A program made the translations under genes and the position numbers. The notes under the pieces were generated by a model. The model was not told the DNA's origin, did no database searches, and was given only the letters and a program-made list of their open reading frames with translations. A stretch of 64,000 nucleotides of DNA, taken from the human T2T-CHM13v2.0 reference genome, Homo sapiens. Below, in pieces: positions 55,040 to 64,000 of this stretch (position 1 is the stretch's first letter; each line of letters starts with the position of its first letter). The DNA is taken from assembly GCF_009914755.1 (NCBI RefSeq), contig NC_060930.1, one strand, 5' to 3'.

Positions 55040-55990
55040 AGTTATTCACTTTTTTCATTTTTTAGTTGTCAGCATGATTTTTAAAAAATATATTTCCATT
55101 CTCTTGTGAAATTCTTCATCTGTTCTTTCTTGAACATATTAATTATAGCTATTTTAAGTTTCTGATTATTTTAATATCTGGATCACTGATAGGTCTCTAT
55201 GTTTTTTTCTGTTTTTGGACATTTGGTCTAGTTTCTTGGCACGCCTAGAACTTTTTGTTGAATCCTGGACAATATGTGTTTAAAGCCAAGAGGTTCTAGA
55301 TAGTGTCTTTTTTCATAAAGGACTTAATTTTTTCCTGAGAGGTAAATAGAGTATGGACAGACCACCTCGATCCAGTCTAAGTGGAGTTTCAAGCCTTGTT
55401 AGAGCTGTATTTCTGGTTTAGTCTTGCTTTTAGGGTGTATTTACTCTTGGGGTCTAGCCCTGATTGCAGTCTCAACTGAGAGCCTGGATTGTTTACCAGT
55501 CTCCCTCAATCTGGTGGGTTCTGAACCCTAAGATTTGTTTCCCTAGACCCAGGAGATTACCCACATCTCTGCTCAGCTCTTTAGCTTCCCAGATGCTGCT
55601 TTTTGACTAGGTCTCGGAATCTCTCCTTACATCTTCATAACGTAGAATTCAGCAAATACCTCAAGGAGAAAAACGCATGAGGAATTTCCAGATCATTTCT
55701 CTGTGGTTGCCTCTTCTCTGGCTTCTCAAATCTTAGCTACCTTGGCAACTGTAAACCACAACTTTGATGTTTTAAGCCCAGTGAAACTGCAGAAAGCTTC
55801 GGGGTCACCACATTCTGTATAGCCTCTTTTCTCCATTTCTTGGACCAGCAAATGCTTAAAGGTAAAAAGTGGATGCAAGACTGAGGCTCATTGAGTATGC
55901 CTTCCTTCTCTCTTGGATCTTGATCCTGCAAATCCTGGCTTCCTTGGTGGCTCTCTGAAGCATTCAATACTCTGCATTTTTTTTCTTTTT
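55040..55990 (-). mobile_element. Old L1M fragment
   Basis: TGAAATTCTTCATCTGTTC...TTGAACATATTAATTATAGCTATTTTAAG. Confidence 0.55.
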
Positions 55991-56029
55991 CTATCCAGTT
56001 GTTCAGGCCTCAGATGTATTACATTTCCT

Positions 56030-56405
56030 TCCAGCCTCAAGCCTTTGCACATGCCCTTCTCTCCTTTCACAACATATTCCCACCTTGCACCCCTACTCAG
56101 TAACCACTCTTCTTTCAGATTACCTCAACCATCATTTCTACAGAGAAGCCATTTCTTACATCCCTGGATAGATTAAAATCCTGTCTTACAGATTTTTCAG
56201 GGCACCACTCTTACCTCTACTTTATAGCCCTTATCAGTACAATTTTATATTTACTAGTGTAATTATTGAATTAAACTCTCTCTCTCTGATTACCCTATAA
56301 GCATAGCATGGACATTTATCATATCTGATCAACATTATACTTCCAGTGACTAACAAGTGCCTAATACCTAAGGAGTGCTCAATAAATATCTACTGAATGA
56401 ATATG
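56030..56405 (+). mobile_element. L2 3' end
   Basis: GCCTTTGCACATGC ... GTGCTCAATAAATATCTACTGAATGAAT. Confidence 0.8.
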
Positions 56406-57369
56406 AGGCAATCATCACCTTTTGAAGTAGCTCATCCACTGTATTGAAATCTGAATATATGAATTTAGACTCTGTCAATCAGTAAATGAAGCTAATAGAC
56501 AACAGCTGAATAGTGTCCTTCTCACTAATAATTACACTATATGTGTCTGTGTATATATGAATGTACAGCCATGTGTAATTGGAATTGAGTTCTTATATAA
56601 GACAAAAATGTAAACTAGTCAGCAGTGGGAAAGAGACTTCTTGGACAAGTACTTGAATATTCATTGAAACCAGAAAACTACAAAGATCTCTAGGGATATA
56701 ATTTCAAACTCTGATAAGAGCAGTTACGCAGTAATTCATTGAGCAACTCTATCAAAATGAGATGCTGACAAAAAGAAGAAAGATCAAAGAACGCTTTCAA
56801 GGACAGAGCAGGAATTGGGCATTGCAAAAGGGAGGTGTGATGTGTTTGGCAGAAAGGTTTAGGGGAAGAGAGAAAGAGCAAAAGGAATGAACGGCCAGAG
56901 AGAGCAGAAAGTTCAAAGTGTCATGTTACCTGTCTTCCACATAGATCAAAAAATACTCCAACCTTCCTGACTTTTTAAAACGTAATAGATGTGAAATGTT
57001 AGAAGTTATTTCCAAATAGCCTAATCATTCTGTTGAAATATCCCAGGAGGCTCAGAGGATACCGGGAACTAATTAAAGTTTACTATGGTTAGCTGAAGCC
57101 AAAATGATCATTTGATCAATTTAAACTCCCCCTCCACAAAAAAAGCAATGAAATCATCAAAATTAGCAGCATCAGTGAATTTAGTCACATGTAGACAGAG
57201 CAGCTGCACAGAGAGATCCCCAAATCCAAGGTCTGTTAGTCTTGCTTGAAGCCAGAACCCATCGTATAATCTGCACATTTCACTTATTGGTGCCATTCCC
57301 AATAAAGACCCAGCAGAAAGATTTCTATTCCAGTTTCTTTGGGTAAGATATACCCAAACCAATTACATT

Positions 57370-57700
57370 AAATCTGTCAACAAATGTGTGTTGTGCACCT
57401 AGCATGTGCCAAGTACCATGCTAGGAGCTAGTTCATGGTAGTCTGAAGTAGATTTATTCCTGGCCTCATGAAGTTTACAGTCTACCGGGGAAAGGAGCAT
57501 TAAGCAAATAAACACACAAGCAAATATAAAATTGCAGTTGTGACTAGTGCTACTAAAAAGAGGAATGAGGCACAATGGGATCCTGAAATCAGGGACTTTG
57601 GCTTGGATGAGGGAAGCTTCCATGGGAAAGTGGCATTGAGCTGAGAGCTGCAGGATAAGGAGGAGAGGGAAGCTCATTCCAGGAAGTGGGAACAGATGTG
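57370..57700 (-). mobile_element. L2 3' end
   Basis: TGTGCCAAGTACCATGCTAGG...CCTCATGAAGTTTACAGTCTA...GGGAAGCTTCC. Confidence 0.75.
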
Positions 57701-60700
57701 TGTGTGTAAATTCACGTATCTAGTTAAATTTTCAGATTTTTTTCTTAAAATTCTTCAAACTTCCCTTCTCTCCTGCATATGTATTTGACTTGATCTGGGT
57801 ATAAGACAGACAGCCATGCCCATGATTTGGCAAGGGTGGCACTTCTGTCACCATCCACCAGTTGGTGGCATCAATGAGGCTCTTTGACTCTTCCATCCCT
57901 TCAGTGGTCCTAAGAGGGGAAAAAAGCAGCAGAAGAGTGGCAGACAGCTCAGAGTATATCAGGGGCTGTTGAAAGAGGTCATCCTATTGCAGCTCCCCTT
58001 CCCTAAAGAGACCAACTTCCAGACCACATGTTGGTGTCCACATGGGTGTTGGGACACTTGCCAGCCTTTTACCCTGCCTGTAAATGGCAGAAAAAGTGAT
58101 GAAGAGATTAACTGAAACACTAAAAGCCCTCCATGTCACTCCTTATAAACTCTTTCTAAATGAGTAGGAGGCTTGTGATGACTACTTATTCCTATGTCTC
58201 AGATCTTTCAGGAAAAGTATTCAAGACAGGGGAGACAAAGCCAGAGTATAGGGGCTTACCACCTAAGAAGATGAAACACAGAGATCAATCATCTTAGAAA
58301 TATGACTGCAACTGGAACAGAAATAAGAAGTTAAATCATTGTAAATTACTTTTTATAGTCCAAAGCACAGCATTTTCTTCTTCTTGGTGTCATTTAGATG
58401 TCATTGTCTAGTCCACAAGGCAAGAGTGAACCAGGCAACCAGCTTTGGGTAGGTTCTTGTTGACTGTGTCTATGACTTTACAGCACCAAATTTGCAGTTA
58501 AAATACCAATAATAAAAGTATCTAATAGCCAATTGCTATATAATTTCCACTGGTATGATGAGCATGGTTGCTTAACTCTGTGTTGGTGCTAACACATTTT
58601 ACAAGACCCGTGAAGAAGCTACACTTCACACACAATTATTTATGCTTCCATGTGAAGGTGCCAGCATCTTTTGATGATGATTAACAAGTGATACAAATAC
58701 TATGGAGGTTGCTAGATGTGGAGAAAGAGTACATCAGCATCAAAGTGTGTGGAGTCCGGAAATAGGAGAAAATAGTTTATATGCAGAACATTGGATCAAT
58801 ACAATGAGCCAGGACAGCTCAAGAAAAGCAAAGTGGAAGGTAAGAGCTTGGGGTGGTGGAAAGGTTAGCTTGGGTAGCAAGAGTCAAGTATAGGTTACAC
58901 TGAGTATTATAGACAAGCTTAAGTAGGCAAAATTCAGAAGCAAAGCAGAATACACAGAAAACATTAAGAAGACTATAGAGACTATATTGAGCCAAGGAAA
59001 GAGTAAACAGTGGGGAAGACAAAGTTTCTCTAGAAACTAGAAACAAAGGGATCCCAGCTTGCGGTGAGCTGTTGGCTATAGAGTCAGGGTACTTCCACTG
59101 TTGCACCAGGCGGCACTGACAAGCTTCTTATTCTCCAGGTGCCAGGAATAAGGCTGGCCCTCTAGTGAGCAATGCAGTGGCCTGAGCCTAAAGTCTATAC
59201 TCAAAATAGCAAGAACATGCCCAGAGAAATATGATGGTGTCTCCAGGACTGGGAGGCCAATAAGACAGAAAGGACCTCAAGATTTACTATTTAAGACAAA
59301 CATAAATAAGGATGAACTGGGTAGCAGGCTAAGTCATATCAACTTGAATATAATAGGAGGCCCACATTAGGTCTGAATCACAGGAGGCAATCACCAGATT
59401 ACAACCTAGTCATGTTGCTTGAGGGTCCTCCTTTCAAAGGCGGGGGCTATCATATCAAGTACTTTTGACAGCCCAGCTTATAATGAAGAGACCCTATTCT
59501 GGGCTTATATCAGCTCAAGAGGAAAAATGATAGAGACTTCCTCTTGGTCCTACGAATAAGACCGGGCAGGCTTGTGTTTCCTTTGAAAGGGAACACAGAT
59601 GATAAATGGAAGTAAGTTCCTCCCAAACTATTCTAGCCACACCACCTGACCACGCCCAGAGTTAATGGTCCTGGGGGCATGAGGAAGAGCAGGGTTGGTC
59701 TCATTGGTGTTTCTGAAACCATCAAGTTGTCACATTAGCCCCACTCACTAACTTGGCCTGGGAGCTTAATCCATTCATTACCCCACTTCTTCACATTAGA
59801 AATGGTGCAGACCATCCTAGAATGGACAATGTATCCATCATCTTTCATCAGAAATTTCTTCTGATTCTTCATTGTTTTCCTTGCTTTTAGATACAGCCAA
59901 ACATAGACATGCAGGTGGTCTTTAGCTGAGATAATTCTCATTCTTCATTATCTGTGAATGGTAAAGGGGTAAATCCACATAAGAAATAGCCTTTGTGCAA
60001 AGGACTATAAAGGGGTATATGGTAGGACCAACTGTATGCAGCAGAGTAAGGAGGAGCAGATTTGGGGACAGAGGACATTGGTACCTATAGTTTGGTCTCA
60101 AAAGCTGACAGCACTTCTTTCAGTCGCGCAGTGTTGATATTGCAATAAAGGGACCCAGTAATTCCGGATGAGAGACATGAGGACCTGGGAGGCAGAGATC
60201 TAGCTGCTTCTCCTCCCAATCTTGTTTTCATTGTGACAACCACACTAATGTCTCTTGCATTAAACTACAGCTGAGAACGGGAGACTGACAGAATTTTCAC
60301 TTTTCACCTGGATGATTCAACATCATATAGAAACAGCTACTGTGGACCTCCTAAGGGGGAAAAAGGTGGGAAGCAACCTAATCTCTAAACACTGGGGGTT
60401 TTTTAAAAAGTATAGAAGCCACTAGGTGTTTGGTACTTATTTTCAAGGCTATAAATCCCACAGCAGGCGCGCCTAAGCAATCAGGATAGGCAAGAACTCT
60501 GATAAATTCAACGGTGATACTTAGGGCCACAGAAACCCTGGGAGGCTATAAATAGTTATTAGGAGTGAGATGCTGCTGAATGCCAAGGGAGAAATCCACC
60601 AATGGAGCAGAAATGTAAATCAGGAACTACTATGAGAAAATTGTGTTTTCATATTAAGTAAAAAGGAAGAAAAGAGAGAAAAAGTAAGAACTAGGTTTCC

Positions 60701-60734
60701 TTTCAATGCTTTCTCAGAATTTGAATCATTTCAG

Positions 60735-61045
60735 AAAATTTCAAAGGAAAGAAGGGAGGTGGGGAGAAAGAGAAAGGGATAGATGGAAAGAGAGAGAGAG
60801 AGGAAGAAAAAAGGAAGGAAGGGAGGAAGGGAAGGAGGAAGGGAGAAAGAATGGGAGGGAGGAAAAGATGGAAGGAAAGAAGGAGGGGGAACAAAAGAAA
60901 GGAAGGGAGGGAAGGAGGAAGGGAGAGAGAATGGGAGGGAGAAACGGAGGGAGGGAAAGATGGTGGGAGGGAGAGACGGAGGGAGGGAAAGATGGTGGGA
61001 GGGAGAGACAGAGGGAGGGAAGGAGGGAAGGGGGGGGAAGAAATC
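60735..61045. repeat. GA-rich low-complexity tract with a 32-bp tandem duplication
   Basis: Almost pure purine. CGGAGGGAGGGAAAGATGGTGGGAGGGAGAGA at 60945 and 60977. Confidence 0.9.
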
Positions 61046-61651
61046 AGGCAGGCTCACTCCCCCCACCTCCCAGTTTATCCAAATGCCCATTGAATCTGGC
61101 ATGTTCAGTTCAGAGGTTATAACTGCATCCACAGTCAATGAGCTTACAGAGATTGTCACAGCAATTCTATATCCTTTTAGTTGCCAAGGTTGGGCTTCTT
61201 TTTTTGCAAGAGAACAAAAACTTACTGATAAACAGTGTTTATCTCTCATTTATTCTCTGTGGATGTTGGGTGGATTAATGCATGTTTGATAAGTCATTCT
61301 TGAAGTGTGGGAAGGTCCCTGCAGCAAAGGCAACATGCATATGTAAGGCAGTAATAATCATTTCCAAAATTCATTTCTTTCCTGTTTCCACCCCCAACAA
61401 AACATACATTTTAATCACTAAGGTGCTTTCGTTTATTGGATTGCATCTCACAAATTTCAGGAAACAATAGAAATGTAATTCATTATATTATATTTAACAA
61501 TGTAGTTTTCAGGTTGTTTCTGACTGTAGTCATACTTTTGATCATCTTTTTCATGAATGATGTTTCTATATTTCTATTATTGGAATAGGTCACCTTGAAA
61601 TGTAAGTTTGCACTACATATTAAAAACTCTACGGAAGCCACATCTTTTGAG

Positions 61652-61800
61652 TCTCTCTCTCCCTCTCCCCCTCTTTCCCTCTCTCCCTCTCTCCCTCTCC
61701 CCCTCTCTCCCTCTCTCCCTCTCCCCCCTCCCCCTCTCTCCCTCTCCCCCTCTCTCCCTCTCTCCCTCTCCCCATCCCTCTCCCTCTCCCTCTCTTTCTT
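61652..61800. repeat. CT-rich (CTCTCC)n tract
   Basis: About 150 nt of almost pure pyrimidine. Confidence 0.92.
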
Positions 61801-62139
61801 GAGCAAATTTCCTATACAAATTTATAGAGCAATTATTGTTGCAAATATCTAGCAATACAGAATCACAGTGGTGGAAGAGTTGGTAATGATATTGTTATAG
61901 CACTTAATATGTTCTTGGCTGACCCACACAGACCCTATTTCAGAAAATGTTTCCATAGACATAGAATACAATTGATTTATTTCCTTGGTCAGGGAAGGAT
62001 GGTCACTTATTTAGCAATTGAAAAATGAGGTTCAGCTTCAAATAATGTTTTATTAAGCCCTACTTGTGTGATCAGACTAAAATAAAAAAGACTGGGAGTT
62101 CTGAAAATAAATAGAGGAAATAGAGAATATTGGAGAAAA

Positions 62140-62350
62140 CCGTCAACTCTGAAGGTGAATCACCTGGGTTCAAATCCTGGCTGAACTGCTTATTAGCTGT
62201 ATAATTTTGGCCATTAAACTCTATGCCTCAGTTGCTTCTTCCATAAAATGGCAGTATTGAAAGTATCTGCATCCAAGATGATTGTAAGGGTTGCTACAAA
62301 TGTCTATATAAAGCTCTCAGCACATGGTACACACTGCACGAATAGTTGTA
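62140..62350 (+). mobile_element. MIR
   Basis: CCTGGGTTCAAATCCTGGCT...TGCCTCAGTT...ATAAAATGG. Confidence 0.8.
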
Positions 62351-63538
62351 TGAATAATTATATATACTGAGGAGGTGTCATGCTGGGTCTCTTCTCTACC
62401 ACTGCCTGCCCATATATTAATGTGGGTGACCAAAAGGGCCTCTTAGTCCTTCTGGGTGTCCCTCACATTTGTGCCTCCCTCTCCATCCTGTTGCCAGGTA
62501 TTACTGCAGATTCCCTTCACCTCTCTCTTGATACCTGGACTACTGCAATAGTCTCATGACCCCAGTGTTGTTACGCTTAGAATCTGCCCCACCCAGCACA
62601 CTAAGTCTGGTTCTGCATTTTCATAATCATGGCTTCATACATTTAGAAAATTATGTCTCCCCACCACACACAGGATGAAGCTGAAGTGCCTTAGTCTGGC
62701 ATTCACAGTCCTTCACATCCTGGCCCCAGCCTATCCAGACAACATCATTTCCTACTATTTACCAGCATTGATACTTTGCCAAGTCAAACTAATCGATCCA
62801 CAACAATGGCATGCTGCCATGTTCCTAAATCTGAAGCAAGTATGTGGATTCTTATAACCTTTTCTAAAGAAGCTTTTTATCATCAGAGTCAAGGAAAAGT
62901 TGGAAAAAGAACATATAGAGTCTGCCCTATACCAATACCCCTCCTTTTTTCATATGAATAGCCTGAAAAGGAAAGCAAAATTGCACATCACTACTAAGAA
63001 CAGCTCTGAAAACACAAAGGACTGATTAGGTTCATCCACACTTGAGAGGTCGTCTAGACTATTCTGAATCATAATCTTAGCAAGTATGGGGACTCTGTGG
63101 TCAAGACCAGGATGGGGTCCCTGGGTAAAGGGCGGTGGGATAAGGACAAAGGAGGCTGCCAGCCTCTGGGTTGCAGTCTAATGGGAGAAGGATCAAGAGG
63201 AGCAGTAAAGGGAATTCACTGCTGTGGTTACTATCACTGTATAACAAATTACTCCAAAGTGAATGACTTCAAATGTAAGTTTGCACCAAAAAAGTTAGTG
63301 GAAAAGTCAGCCAAAACTTAGTGGCTTAAAATCACCATTTTATTTTGTTCATGATATTGTAGGTCAGAAAATTAGGAAAGGCTCAGCTAGGCAGGCTGGT
63401 CTCCCTAAGACTAGAAATATAAATACAGGAGTCATAGACATATATTTTGTGGTTGAAATCATAATGCAGTATGAGACTTTCCAGGGAGAATTAAAGAGAA
63501 AAGGAAAGGGTCAAGGGCAGAACCTTGGGAATACCAGC

Positions 63539-64000
63539 TATATTAGTCAGGGTTCTCCAGAGACACAGAACTGGTAGGATATAGACAGAAAGAGAGAGAG
63601 ACGACAAGAGGTTTATTAGAGAAATTTGCTCATGTGATTATGGGGGCTGAGAAATCCCACAATAGGCCATCTGCAAGCTGCAGAACCTGAGAGGCTGGTA
63701 GTGTGGCTCAGTCCAAGTCCAAAGGCCTCAGAACCAAGGAACCCAATGGTGTAATTCTCAGCCCAGGCCAAAGGCCTGAGAACCTGGGGAACAACTGTGT
63801 AAGTCCCGGAGTTCAAAGGCCAGAGAATCTGAAGTTCTAATGTTCAAGAGCAGGAGAAGAAGGATGTCCCAGCTCCAAAAGAGAGAGAATTAGCCTTTCC
63901 TCTGCCTTTTTGTTCTATCTGGGTCCTTAGCTGATTGGATAGTGCCTATCCACACTGGGTAGGGGGTGTGTCCTCCTTACTTAGTCCAGTGATTCAAATG
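63539..64000 (-). mobile_element. MLT2B-like ERVL LTR (runs off the window)
   Basis: TATTAGTCAGGGTTCTCCAGAGA...GCTCAGTCCAAGTCCAAAGGCCTCAGAACCA. Confidence 0.85.

Noticed and set aside
60703-61855. Several 100-170 aa R/E/G- or S/P/L-rich ORFs
   Set aside because: They are artefacts of stop-free purine and pyrimidine low-complexity tracts.

Overview
This is AT-rich, CpG-poor primate (human-like) genomic DNA. I see no recognisable host protein-coding exon, tRNA, rRNA or CRISPR array, so it is probably a gene desert or a very large intron. The dominant feature is a near full-length, decayed class III endogenous retrovirus on the minus strand (1680-8814, HERV-S/HERVL18-like). It has two ~340-bp LTR18A-like LTRs, a degenerate tRNA-Ser PBS, and gag-pro-pol plus a gamma-type env, all disrupted. 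An MLT2A solo LTR sits inside env and a THE1B LTR lies head-to-head 31 bp from the 5' LTR. The rest is a mosaic of L2, MIR, old L1M, hAT and Tigger DNA transposons, three Alus, many ERVL/MaLR solo LTRs, a second very decayed ERVL/LTR16 provirus (52.6-55.0 kb) and a 2.1-kb internal L1PA fragment lacking a poly(A) tail and TSD. The most interesting observations are: a cryptic dUTPase-like remnant after the HERV-S integrase, a mosaic LTR pair, a DUX4/AP-1 motif LTR cluster, an isolated 23-bp-stem pre-miRNA-like hairpin (22717-22776), and a possible MLT2A2-driven spliced lncRNA with micro-exons. I found no convincing wholly new biological system. Repeat subfamily names come from recalled consensus sequences, not a database search, and boundaries of old repeats are approximate.
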